From positions 10,044,001 through 10,108,000 of the forward strand of contig OZ024754.1 in assembly GCA_964016885.1 (NCBI GenBank): a DNA stretch of 64,000 nt, in the 5' to 3' direction. A program made the translations under genes and the position numbers. Below, one piece after another: positions 12,955-25,749 of the stretch. Position 1 is the stretch's first letter, and every line of letters begins with the position of its first letter. The notes beneath the pieces were generated by a model. It had not been told where the DNA came from. It saw only the letters and a list, made by a program, of their open reading frames with translations, and ran no database searches. This DNA is from Eledone cirrhosa (lineage: Eukaryota).

Positions 12955-13800
12955 CACACCAACAATTACACAAACATGTGTACATAAACACACCAACATA
13001 CACACAAACAATTACACAAACAAACGTGTGTGTACACATAAACACACCAACATACACACAAACAATTACACAAACAAACGTGTGTGTACACATAAACACA
13101 CCAACATACACACAAACAATTACACAAACAAACGTGTGTGTACACATAAACACACCAACATACACACAAACAATTACACAAACAAACGTGTGTGTACACA
13201 TAAACACACCAACATACACACAAACAATTACACAAACAAACGTGTGTGTACACATAAACTCACCAACATACACACACACAGACACAACAATTACACAAAC
13301 AAACATGTGGGTACACATAAACTCACCAACATACACACACACACACACACAATTACAAACAAACGTGTGTACACAAACACACCAACATACACACACACAC
13401 ACACGACAATTACACAAACATAAACATGTGTGTACATAAACACACACACCAACAATTACACAAACAAACATGTGTGTACATAAACACACCACCATACATA
13501 CACACACACACAATTACACAAACGTGTACACACACACATCAACATGTACACACACATACACACCATGTACACACACACACACACCAACAATTACACAAAC
13601 AAACACATGTACACACACACACACATACACACCAACATGCACACATTCACACACCAACAATTACATAAACGTGTGTGCACACACCAACATGCACACAAAC
13701 ACCATGTACACATACAAACACCATGTACACACAAACACCATGTACACATACAAAGACCACCATGTACACACATACACATCAACACACACACACAGGTACA
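12955..13800. repeat. 54-bp CA-rich minisatellite decaying into (CA)n
   Basis: Unit acataaacacaccaacatacacacaaacaattacacaaacaaacgtgtgtgtac repeated in tandem. Confidence 0.9.
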
Positions 13801-14076
13801 CAGACAAAGATACAAAGCTAAACTAGAAATAACACAACACTTCTAATTAAATACAAAGTTATGAAAGTTAAATTTATAAGCACATGATCTGCGTGTGTGT
13901 GTGTAAAGCATACACACACACACACACATACGTATGTGGTTGATGGCCGAGAGAAAGAAGTACTCAATACCGAAGTAGGGTTTTCATATTCATTTGTTAA
14001 GGCTAAATAGGGAGTCTTGTTACTCTTGTTACAGACAACTCCAGAGTAATAAGACTCACTTTTTAGCCTTAATAAC

Positions 14077-14111
<35 letters not shown>

Positions 14112-14115
<4 letters not shown>

Positions 14116-14403
14116 TCATCATCATTTTACGTCCGCTTTTCCCTGCTTGCAAGGGTGGGACGGGAACTGATTCTGGCTTGATTTCTACAGCTGGATGCCC
14201 TTCTTAACACCAACCTCATTTACAGTGAGTGCTGGGTACTTTTTTGCCGTGGCACCTCCACGACCACTTTGCAGTGGAATGATAGGGACCCCAGTCCCTA
14301 TCATCTCATTTCTACAGCTGAGTAAGCTGGAGCAATGTGAAATAAAGTGTCTTGCTCAAGGAAACAACACATCACCCGGTCTGAGAATTGAACTCACAAC
14401 CTT
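14112..14403 (-). mobile_element. CORE-type SINE with RTE-derived tail (head truncated)
   Basis: Reverse complement of the 14897-15237 family. Confidence 0.85.
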
Positions 14404-14413
14404 TATATATAAC

Positions 14414-14595
14414 TGTTTCTACTTTTGGCACAAGGCCAGCAATTACCCAGTACATTACTGGTACTTTATTTTATCGACCCCGTAAGGATGAATGGCAAAG
14501 TTAACCTCGGCCGGATTTGAACTCAGATCGTAAAGGGACGTAACTATGCTGGACAGCATGCCCGACCCTCTACCGATACTGCCAATCCACCGCCC
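14414..14595 (-). mobile_element. Deu/Nin-domain tRNA-derived SINE, full length
   Basis: Minus strand gggcggtggattggcagtatcgg...gagttcaaatcc...ggccttgtgccaaaagtagaaaca. Confidence 0.85.
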
Positions 14596-14780
14596 ATATA
14601 TATAACGAACACAGGACGGATGTCAACAGTTTGGATGGGACCACCCATGTAAACTCTCAAATCTGAAGAAGTGTCGAGTAAGAGTCAGGATCCGATCACA
14701 TGACCAAACCCGAGTTGATTGATTTGGAGTCAAATTGTAATATGAAATAAAGTTTACAAAAAGATGCAATTCTTCTTGTC

Positions 14781-14828
<48 letters not shown>

Positions 14829-14896
14829 ATTTCTGTGGAAAAGGTAAAGGAAAGAGTGCTCTATGTATAGTACACACACATATATATATATATGAT

Positions 14897-15233
14897 GGAG
14901 GCACATGGCTTAGTGGTTAGAGCATTGGGCTTGCAATCGAAAGGTTGTGAGTTCAATTCTCAGACCGGGTGATGTGTTGTTTCCTTGAGCAAGACACTTT
15001 ATTTCACATTGCTCCAGTTTACTCAGCTGTAGAAATGAGATGATAGGACTGGGGTCCCTATCATTCCACTGCAAAGTGGTCGTGAAGGTGCCACGGCAAA
15101 AAAGCACCCAGCACTCACTGTAAATGAGGTTGGTGTTAGGGAGGGCATCCAGCTGTAGAAATCAAGCCAGCATCAGTTTCCGTCCCACTCTTGCAAGCAG
15201 GGAAAAAGCAGACGTAAAATGAAATGATGATGA

Positions 15234-15237
<4 letters not shown>
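14897..15237 (+). mobile_element. Full-length CORE-type SINE with RTE-derived tail
   Basis: A box TGGCTTAGTGG, B box GAGTTCAATTC, CORE-like ccttgagcaagacacttt...cagctgtagaaatgag, tail gcaagcagggaaaaagcagacgtaaaa(tga)n. Confidence 0.9.
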
Positions 15238-15284
<47 letters not shown>

Positions 15285-15394
15285 ACCATTTAAAGGAAAA
15301 GAGAAAAAAAATCCTTCAAATTTTCTAAGGGACGGGAGATGAAAAAGTATAAAATTAATGCTTCCTTTCACCCTCCCATCAAATATTGATTTCT

Positions 15395-15710
15395 AACAGA
15401 AGCACAAGGCTTCATATTTAGGAGGAGGAAGCAGTCAGTTATATGAACCCCAGCACTTGACTGGTACTTTATTTTACTGACCCTTGAAAGGATGAAAAAC
15501 AAAGTTGACCTCAACAGGATTTGAACTCAGAGTATAAAGGGCTCTAAAGATTGACTCCTAATTTACGTACTAGACTAGCAAATGTTTTGGAGAAGGGCAA
15601 CATTGATTAAATCAACCCCAGTACTTGACTGGTACTTTATTTTATTGACAACGGAAGGATGAAAAGCAAAGTTGATCCCAGCATGATTTCAACTCAGAAT
15701 ATAACTAAAT
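15395..15710 (-). mobile_element. Two older, diverged Deu/Nin-type SINE copies
   Basis: Each has actggtactttatttt...ggatgaaa..caaagttga...gattt.aactcag. Confidence 0.65.
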
Positions 15711-16435
15711 GTAACTAAATATTGCAAGATATTTCATCCAATGTTATACAAGCGGATTTATTACAAACAGGACTGTAAATTAAGTCATTGATATCGCTTG
15801 CCAGGAGTTTATTCTTGTACTTGGAACACCCAAACATGATTAAATTCTGTAGAGAAGTGCAATAAGTAAATGTTACATGAGAATTCCATGTAACACTAAT
15901 AAATATTTCGATTGCCAGTTACAAATTATTTCACTTCGGTTGCCAATAACTTTGGAAAAAATATGATATTACATCCAAACTCCTTCCATTACATTTTACC
16001 CCTTAACTAAAATATGATATGCCATATCTACATAGTTAGAAACTATATACAAATTTCTAGAAATTAGGAAATCCAAGAAGATAAAGATATACAATCAACA
16101 GAGGTAGGTAAAAGAAAAAAAAACAAAAAAACTATTTGCTTTTTATATCATTTTTACATGTGTATAACTTTGATAGACTGGTGGTTCTTGAAATTTAGAC
16201 ATTTGATATATCATCATGGTTGGAGAAAGTACTTTACATGGAAACATCAACTGTTTTTAGTTACATAGAATAGTGTGGGGCAAATATTTTGTTTAAGAAC
16301 TCAAGGTAATAATAATATTCATAGTAAGTTTTGAACTTATAACTCATATGTGTACAGAGCTATACTTAAATTACATGTTCAGTGTAATTGGTTGCTGAAA
16401 GAAAACAACCAAATATGAGAGGAAGAAAGTAATAT

Positions 16436-16481
16436 CTATATATACATACAAATACATATATATATATATACATACATACAA

Positions 16482-16524
<43 letters not shown>

Positions 16525-16571
16525 AATACAAATACACATATATATATATATATATATATACATAAATACAA

Positions 16572-16608
<37 letters not shown>

Positions 16609-16615
16609 AATACAA

Positions 16616-16652
<37 letters not shown>

Positions 16653-16695
16653 AATACAAATACATATATATATATATATATATACATAAATACAA

Positions 16696-16734
<39 letters not shown>

Positions 16735-16741
16735 AATACAA

Positions 16742-16782
<41 letters not shown>

Positions 16783-16859
16783 CATACAAATACATATATA
16801 TATATATATACATACAAATATATACATACATACAAATACATATATATATATATATACAT

Positions 16860-16894
<35 letters not shown>

Positions 16895-17001
16895 CAAATA
16901 TATATATATATATATATACATACAAATACATATATATATATATATATATATACATACAAATACATATATATATATATATATACATACAAATACATATATA
17001 T
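16436..17001. repeat. (TA)n with TACAAA/CATAAA spacers
   Basis: Direct reading. Confidence 0.95.
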
Positions 17002-17554
17002 ATGCAGGAGAGGCGGTTACGCTGGTGTGGACATGTGATGCGTATGAAGGATGACAGCTGCATAAAAAGGTGCAGAGCACTAGAAGTTGATGGAAACCGC
17101 GGAGTGGGGAGACCCAAGATGACTTGGGATGAGGTGATAAAAGCCGACCTTACCCAACTACACCTCTCAAAGTCAATGACACACGACCGTGACTTCTGGC
17201 GTCACGCAGTAATACAGGGTACCCGACCTCCCATGGGTACATGCTGAAGCATATAAACAATATGCCCCCCCCCCCCCCCACCGCAAGGTGGTCGTGGAGG
17301 TGCCACGGCAAAAAAGCACCCAGCCCACACTGTAAAGTGGACGTGTAGGCGCCACGAAAAAGCACCCAGCACTCACTGTAAATGAGGTTGGTGTTAGGAA
17401 GGGCATCCAGCTGTAGAAATCAAGCCAGATCAGTTCCTGTATGAGCAAGGCATGGTCAGCCGACCAGACACTGCCCACAACAGGACAACCCGTCTAACCC
17501 ATGCTAGCGTGGAAGAACGGACGTAAAACGGTGATGATGATGATGATGATGATG
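17002..17554 (+). mobile_element. Second copy of the composite RTE/SINE retroposon
   Basis: Near-identical to the reverse complement of 6926-7470, ~45 bp shorter at the 5' end. Encodes [17 protein letters not shown]...TRPPMGTC. Confidence 0.85.
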
Positions 17555-17564
17555 ATATATATAT

Positions 17565-17649
<85 letters not shown>

Positions 17650-18589
17650 CAAATATATAAATATATATACATACAAATACATACAAATACATATATATAT
17701 ATCATCATCATCATCATATATATATATACATACACACGCACACATATATACATACACACACGCACACATATATACATACACACACGCACACATATATACA
17801 TACACACGCACACATATATACATACACACGCACACATATATACATACACACGCACACATATATACATACACACGCACACATATATACATACACACGCACA
17901 CATATATACATACACACGCACACATATATACATACACACGCACACATATATAGGTATATATATATATATATATATATAGATGCATACACACATATACATA
18001 TATTTATATAATAATTATTGTAAAAGAAACAGAGGAAGAAAGTATTGACAATCAAGAGAGAAAAGTCTAGTAAATACCCCGAAGATATAAGGAAATGGTT
18101 TTAATCCTTTCAACTTCTTGTAAGCTCAACATTATGGCGCACAAAGATATTTTTTAGTTCTTTTTAGCTTTTTCTTCTTTTTTTTTTTCTTAGAGAATGT
18201 TTGGTTTTTATGAATGTTAAGGAACCATTCATTTAGATCAGATATAGCATCCACAAATAGGAAGTGAACTATTAACCTGCTTTATTAATAATACCATGAA
18301 GAGGGGGGGGGGGGTTAATGTCCATAATTTCTAGCATACATTGTCCATGTGTAAAGACTTTGTACTGGGTAGCTACAGCATGGCCAGAGAGAAAAATGAT
18401 CCAAAAAAAAAAATAACTAAAGAACTCAGTTGTTTAGCTGTCTTGGAATAATCAAAGTGTTCCAGGAATGAAACAAGAAGTAGAGACACCTATATTTGTT
18501 TATTTAGTTTTATAGTTTTCTCAGAATGGAAGCGCCCACATCAAGAATTTCCTCAAAGAAACAAAGATGGTTTCTTTTCACTTGATAAA

Positions 18590-18700
18590 TCACAAACTCA
18601 CAGTGGTGATGAAAAATCACATGTGGAGAAATGCTGTACTAAAAAAGACTTGCAGTAAGATTAAGATAATCCACCAAGTTCATACTAGTATGGAAAGTCT
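18590..18700 (+). mobile_element. Highly decayed RTE LINE 3' end
   Basis: Translates KLTVVMKNHMWRNAVLKKTC; catactagtatggaaag resembles the catgctagcatggaa tail. Confidence 0.45.
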
Positions 18701-18719
18701 AAAGTCTGTCTTAAGCCAT

Positions 18720-18948
18720 TTAACCCTTTAGCATTTAAACTGGCCGTATCCGACCAGAATTCTTTCACCTCTTTCTGTTCAAACTGGCTGTAAGTAGCCA
18801 CTCATACTGATGTTAAAGTATTGTCCTCAAAATAAATAATATCAAAATCTTATAGATTTGATATTATCTGAGATAATTGTGTAAGATAAAGCCTTTACAG
18901 TGAAAATATAATAGTATATATAGAGTAATGTAAATACTAAAGGGTTAA
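18720..18948 (-). mobile_element. piggyBac-type MITE (TTAA-flanked)
   Basis: TTAA-ccctttagcatttaa...taaatactaaaggg-TTAA. Confidence 0.85.
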
Positions 18949-18949
18949 G

Positions 18950-19207
18950 GCTCGTTAGACCAGTGCTTATCCTGGTTTCATGGTGTAAAGTGACTGAGAG
19001 TACAAGACACCCCCCCCCCCCTGGACAGGAGGCCAGTCCATTACAGGGTTAAACTCCCAGCTATTGCTGATACTCATTTTCAGTTGAGTATACTGGAGCA
19101 ACATGAAATGAAGTGTTTTGCTCAAGAACACAACAAGCAACCCAGCCTAGGAATTAAACCCACAAAATTATGATCACAAGTCCAACATCCTTACCACTAG
19201 GCCACGT
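18950..19207 (-). mobile_element. CORE-type SINE with a V-domain-like segment and a different tail
   Basis: tRNA-like head, CORE, then atggactggcctcctgtccagggg on the minus strand. Same family as 21960-22175. Confidence 0.7.
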
Positions 19208-19795
19208 GTGTTGGAAAGCAGGTGTAAAATTATGATGACAATGATAAGATGATGACAATGATGAAATGTAAAAGAAGGATAATTATTATCTAGTATACCA
19301 ATTACAAAAAAAATGTGAATAAATAATCCAGCTTGGACTAGAGTATTATAATTATTATCCTCAAATTATATTCACAAAACAATTCAAAACTGAAATATTT
19401 AAGCATTTTTGTTTTGTTATTTTCTCCTCCCACACTCTTTAGGAAAATGACACTCCAAAGATGTACAAAATATTAGCAAGAAAACTATCGTACATAAATG
19501 ATAAAAATTGAAGACAATCCAAAATAGAAATAAATCATGTGCTGACTAAGCTTATATTCTGTCTGACATCATTTTAAGAGAAATAATCTGTTGACCAATA
19601 ATCTGAACACAATATTGTGATAGAGAAACTTATTACTGTCATACATCTTTATTCAAAAGATACTAAGTTGAAAGAGCCTCTATGGTGTCACTTGACTTGC
19701 TAGATATAGCAGCTAAAGCTTCCTCAAATCAAACCTTGCTAATTTAATCTTTAGCGTGCTAGTATTTTTTTTTTTTTTATTGTTTCCCCTAATAC

Positions 19796-19972
19796 TTGTT
19801 TCTACATTTGGCACAAGGCCAGCAATTACCCAGTGCATTACTGGTACTTTATTTTATCGACCCCGTAAGGATGAAAGGCAAAGTTAACCTCAACGGGATT
19901 TGAACTCAGACCGTAAAGGGACGTAGCTATGCTGGAAAGCATGGCGTCTGACCCTCTACCGATACTGCCAAT
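19796..19972 (-). mobile_element. Deu/Nin-domain tRNA-derived SINE
   Basis: Close match to 14414-14595. Confidence 0.85.
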
Positions 19973-20793
19973 ACTGCATTATTTTGGGGGTAGCAAAAAA
20001 AATGTAAGCACCCTCTGTTTTTAAATTATTATAACTTTATTTGTATTTTGTGTACAAACTTGAATATTTCTATGCTAATAAAGGGATGCCTGGGCAATAT
20101 TTTGATGTAATGCATTATGTTCTCCATGAATGTTTTAATATTAAAAAACAAATAACAAAACACAAAAACAAGAAGAAATTGCAAGGATGAGAACACCCCC
20201 TCAGTACATAGCTTTCCAGAGCATTGCTGCCGTCACTGCTACCACTATAATATTCTACGACTTCACCATCAATATCGGCTTACATAAATCCTAAAAATTC
20301 ATCATCTGAATCAGAATCCATAAAGATTTCTTCCACAAAATTTTCTGTCATACTAGTCATCATTTTCAAAAACCCAAACAAACTTTTCCTCCATCTACAA
20401 CTGTTTACACACACATTGAATGAAGAAAAATTTTAAATGGCTTTGGAAAACGAAAGTTTAGCTTCGTTTTGAATTGAAAATAAGCTGTTACCAGTTTAAA
20501 ATACCAGAAATAACCTTTGACATAGTATTTTTTGACAAATGGTTTGTAAGTTGACAAAATGCGCCTGCAGCTATAAATTGCCTTTGGTAAATAGAGGATT
20601 TGACTGCAGAGAGCTAGAATATGTACCCCAAAGCAGCCTGTTGAACTCTTTAACAAATCTGGCAATCCGACACCTCTGGACTTTATTCATCAACTCCCCA
20701 AAAAGAATGAAAGGCAAAGTTGACCTAAGCAGGATTTGAACTCAGAGTGCAGAGAGCCAGAACAAATATGAAGGCATTTCAACTAATATTCTC

Positions 20794-20878
<85 letters not shown>

Positions 20879-20957
20879 AGCAGAAATGGTTAGATATTGT
20901 TAAAATTAATAAGTTTATTGTCAAAATGGCAAAGTACATTTGCCACTGTCATCATCA

Positions 20958-21184
20958 TTAACCCTTTAGTATTTACATTACTCTATATTTACTATTGTAT
21001 TTTTATGGGAAAGGCTTTATCTTACATAATTATGTCACATAATATTGACTCTGAGATTTTGATATTATTTATTTTGAGAACAATACCTAAACATAAGTAA
21101 GAGCAGCCAGTTACAGCCAGTTTAAACAAAAAGAGGTGAAAGAATTCTAGCTGGATATGGCCTGTTTAAATGCTAAGGGTTTAA
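20958..21184 (+). mobile_element. piggyBac-type MITE (TTAA-flanked)
   Basis: TTAA-ccctttagtatttac...taaatgctaagggt-TTAA. Confidence 0.85.
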
Positions 21185-21959
21185 CATGATCTCAGAAATA
21201 AAAAAAACACTCAAGCTAATACGTCAAAAAACAATGACAAGCATAATCTAATCAGGGATTTAGAAATATAGTTTTCACAGTTTTGCCTTTTGATCATTGA
21301 CAAGATACTTTTCAACAATGTCTCTGTGGTCTATTTTAACTATTTATTCTTTAATTTAATAAATCATTCCAATTAAGAAAGCCCATAAGTGCATTACACT
21401 CACTCTGACCCCGTAAATATTTCCATGATTTCTTAAGTATTTAGCAATGACCAAAACGATAAACAAACAGAACAGATACTGTGTCTACTTTTTATATAAA
21501 TTTACCAAACGAATGAGCAAATACTGCAAAGGAAAGAAATTACAATCGCAGAAAGACATGAAGCTGTGATAATCTACAAGAATAAACTTTTGACATCTCA
21601 TTGCAGAAGAGTTTCTGGCAATTACTTATGTAACTCTACGACAATGTCAACTAAACAGATAATGTAAACAGAGATTTCTACTAGTGAGGTGTGCTTAAGA
21701 TAATAAAGACATTAGAAAATGTGTCTCTTTTTCTCTAAACTACAATAAATGAGTATGTAATTTCACTTGGAAATGTTTCTGAAAGCAACAAATACTATAA
21801 GACCAAAAGACTACTATTAACAGTCTTGCTATCACCATGAATAACTCAATATTTATTCCCAGATATTGATAAGTTTAGGTTGGATATAAAAATGTCTAGC
21901 TGTTTTTAACTTTACTCCTCCTCGTCGTCATTGGTTAAATTCCAAAACAGGCTGCTACA

Positions 21960-22175
21960 TTATGTTCTTGAGCAGAACACTTTATTTCACATTGCTCCAG
22001 TCAGTACACTCAGCTGATAGTGAGTACCAGCAGAAGCTCAGGAGTTAATCCTACGATAGACTAGTGTCCTATCCAGGGAGAGCCTTGTACTCTCAGTCAC
22101 TGAGCACCAAGGAAACCAGGGATAGGCACTGGCTTGATGAGCTTTCAGCTAAGAACAGACTTTAACTTAACTAAC
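21960..22175 (+). mobile_element. CORE + V-like SINE fragment ending in actttaacttaact
   Basis: Homologous to 18950-19207. Confidence 0.65.
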
Positions 22176-23755
22176 TTTTAAAATGGGTGGGTTTGTTACA
22201 TAGAACCAGAGAGAGTAGGTCTCAAAAGGATTAACTTACTCTTCAAACACAATATTCAGACCACTTTAACCTATGTCTACTACTGTTATTATCTATAACA
22301 CTTGCATAACCACTTCTCTGATTGCTCACAATCCAATGACATCATAGATCCATACCATCATCTGCTACCAGCAGGCTACAACATTACTACATGTTATCAC
22401 CCTCTCTCCTTTTGTGTTTAGATATCTCTGAAAAGCACCTAATTCCCAGACACTATAATAAATTCAATGAGATAATTCTTGACATTGCGAGTTTACTGCA
22501 AGCAGGTCACATTCATTTATTCTCAGCTGTTTCACTGCCAAACAGTACAATACTGATTACATATAAAATGTGTCCTTTTGTAAAGTGTTGGAATCTCTTT
22601 GTGGCCAAATATAAACAGAAGTTACTTGTAACAACTTGCAGCCATAATAAACTGCAGCCATAACTATTGACCCTAAACAACAACAGAATTGAACTAGGTG
22701 ACCGCCAGTCAACTAAATCTAATAGTTTAAATGAATAATGCTCACATTCCTTAATACTTTAGCCTACATTTGATGCCTTGTTGCAGCAATGCATTTAATG
22801 TATTTAAATGACCATTTGCTGTCAGTTTGGCTGAAATATAGCATTTCAGCACCTATTGCTGGTGAATAACTCATTGCCAAAATATTTTAAATTAAAAGCC
22901 CCTTTAAAGATCTATTTAGAGAAAATTGCCAAACTCTGTGACTAAATATAGATGCAATAAGTTTAGATGACAAAAGAAATTCTAATTCTGGTTGTTAATG
23001 TAAATAAATTTTGTTCATTCGTATACACATATAATAAGAATTTAGACAGAATGCACTAACACAAGCATACACACAAACACACACATATGCTCAAGTAATG
23101 TAGAGTTTGTGCAAATAAATTTGTTTGGAAGTGTTTGGAAACTAGCAATAACACCATACAGTCTACAATATCTACTAAAATACTTATGGACATCTATTGA
23201 AACTGCATAGAAATTAAAGTAAAGCCACATCTCTCAGTCTCTCTGTCTCTCTCTCAGTCTCTCTGTCTCTCTCTCTCTCCCTATGTCTCTCTCTCTCCCT
23301 CTGTCTCTCCCTCTAGAACTGTTACCATAATTTTAATAAATGCAGCTTTTATAAGCTTATTCCTTTTGTTATGTGAAGAATAATGAATAAATATACAAAA
23401 TTCCTTGCTTTTGAATTAAAGATAAGTTTATTCCTCCTTACTGCAGGCAATATTAATGGATGTTTAGTGTTTCTTTTGTGACTAAATCCCAAATATATAA
23501 TCAACAAACTAGAATAATGACAAAATGGTTATTGAATAACTAACAAAATATCACTTGACCATTATTATTACTATCATTATTAATTATTATTACTGTTGTT
23601 GTTGCTATTGTTGTTATCATTATTACTATTATTATTATTATTAATATCATGATGATGATGATAAAAATAATATTATTACTAATATTATTTTTATCATCAT
23701 CATCGTCGTTGTTGTTGTTATCATCATCATCATCATCGTTGTTATAGTTGTTATT

Positions 23756-23945
23756 TTGGCAGTATCGGTAGAGGGTTGGACGCCATGCTTTGATGCATAG
23801 AGTTACGGCCCTTGCCATTCTGAGTTCAAATCCCACCTAGGTTAACTTTGCCTTTCATCCTTACGGGGGGGGGGGGGGGTTGATCAAATAAAGTACCAGT
23901 AATGTACTGGGATAATTGCTGGCCTTGTGCCAAAAGTAGAAACAA
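23756..23945 (+). mobile_element. Deu/Nin-domain tRNA-derived SINE within a (TAT)/(CAT)/(GTT) trinucleotide tract
   Basis: ttggcagtatcggtagag...gagttcaaatccc...ggccttgtgccaaaagtagaaacaa. Confidence 0.85.
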
Positions 23946-24110
23946 TTATTACTACTATCATCATCATCATCATCATCGTTGTTATTGCTATTATAACTAT
24001 TATTATTATTGTTGTTGTTGCTGTTACTATAATGTCTTCTATATGTCACCTCCATTAATAAACAGATGACATTTTTTTGTCCAGTTAGAAGATATTTTAA
24101 TATAATATAA

Positions 24111-24297
24111 TTGTTTCTACTTTAGGCACAAGGCCAGCAATTACCCAGTGCATTACTGGTACTTTATTTTATCGACCCCGTAAGCATGAAAGGCAAAGTT
24201 AACCTCGGCGGGATTTGAACTCAGACCGTAAAGGGACGTAACTGTGCTGGAAAACATGGCGTCCGACTCTCTACCGATACTGCCAATCCACCACCCT
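24111..24297 (-). mobile_element. Deu/Nin-domain tRNA-derived SINE, followed by half of a MITE (24296-24468)
   Basis: Close match to 14414-14595. Confidence 0.85.
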
Positions 24298-24992
24298 CAA
24301 AATAAATAATATCAAAATATCATAGATTTCATATTATGTATGATATTATGTGAGATAAAGCCTTTACTGTGAAAATACAATAGAGTAATGTAAATGTTAC
24401 GTGAGATAAAGCCTTTACCATGAAAATACAATAGTAAATATAGAGTAATGTGAATGCTAAAGTGTTAAATATTAACAATAAATTAATATGAATGCAAAAT
24501 TGCATATAAGGCCAAGATTAGACACAGAGAATTATTTCTAGATGTATATAGATGAACAGCTAGTTTTAATCTCCCTCTGGCTAACTATACAACTTGAAAC
24601 CGATTCCTCCAATTCAGAAAATCTTTGAAGAGTGAAGTTATTAAAATGGTGTGATTTTTGGTGAATGAGCATTATTATTTGAAAAAATTCTGTTGTATAA
24701 ATTTCATCATTGTGAACAGTTTTACCAAAAAATGGTTCCCAAACATAGTAATTCTTCACTAACTTGACAGCTGAAGTAAAAAGAGAAAACAAATTTTCCC
24801 AAACTGTTTTGATTTTTTAGTTTAGTTTGTCACCTTACTTTCCTATTTTAGGGGAAATAATTTATAGAAAAGTAGTCAAAAGTGAAGAAGAGAGATTGGG
24901 GGAATATTTTCCAATTTGCCAACCAGCATATTAAATATTGATGGATTATAAAAAGAATGGTGGATAAATAAAACCGATGAATAAATCTAGGT

Positions 24993-25395
24993 GTAGGCAT
25001 GGCTAAGTGGTCAGGAAGCTGACTTTGCAACCTGTTGGGTCAGGTTCAGTCCTGCTACATGGGACTTTGGGCAAATATCTTCTACTATAGCCTCTAGTTG
25101 ACCAATGCCTTGTGTGTCAAATTTGGCATATGGAAACTGCAGAAGGCTGTCATGTATATCATAATGAGCATTTTTATCTACTGTGCTCAGGTGCACTACA
25201 AGCTCAGGCGAACTACAAGCTCAGGTGAAGTACAAGCTCAGGTGCCCTATAAGCTCAGGTGTGAGATTATGCCCTGTAACATAGTAGTTCAACAAAAAAG
25301 AGTTTGCTAAAATATGTACTGGAGTCAATACGATCGACTAGATTGAAGCAGTACTCCAGCATGGCCACAGACTATTGACTGAAACAAATAAAAGC
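24993..25395 (+). mobile_element. Diverged OR-type octopus SINE
   Basis: Head ggcatggctaagtggtcagg, then ttgggcaaatatcttctactatagcctc...ccaatgccttgtg...ggaaactgcagaag, and tail ctccagcatggccacag...gactgaaacaaataaaag. Confidence 0.6.
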
Positions 25396-25749
25396 AGTAG
25401 AGAGTGGATGATAGATAGAGAAGTTAAGTTCTTGAATCATGTGAAATTATGAAATTAGACAGTTATTTGGTGATGTGGTGAATGAGACAAATTTAATAGA
25501 CTAACTATTAAAGAATTCCTGTGAAGAAGAGCAAATAAAATAAGAGTAAGTTTGATAGAATATAAAGATAGTACGACTGATCTATCTACACTTCAAAAAT
25601 GGAAACTAATTTCCTATCTACTGTAGAAACTTCCCACTGTGTCGACAAAGATTTTTGCTGTTATTGTTGAGTTTCTTTTCTTTTTATATTGTTTTCATGT
25701 AAATACTATCAACTGATAGCTATGTTAGTCTTCAGAAGCTCATTTTGAA

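Noticed and set aside
14655-14730. CTGAAGAAG followed by gaccaaac in a (TA)n-flanked island
   Set aside because: The GAAA box is absent and stem II is unclear; at most a dead hammerhead.
14897-14970. tRNA-like sequences with A and B boxes (also 31683, 49392 and the Deu-SINE heads)
   Set aside because: They are SINE heads without a complete cloverleaf or acceptor stem.
18525-18655. Plus-strand exon-like segment (ttttctcAG ... GTAAGA) with open frames
   Set aside because: One frame matches the RTE C-terminus and is followed by the RTE tail motif, so a LINE relic is the simpler explanation.
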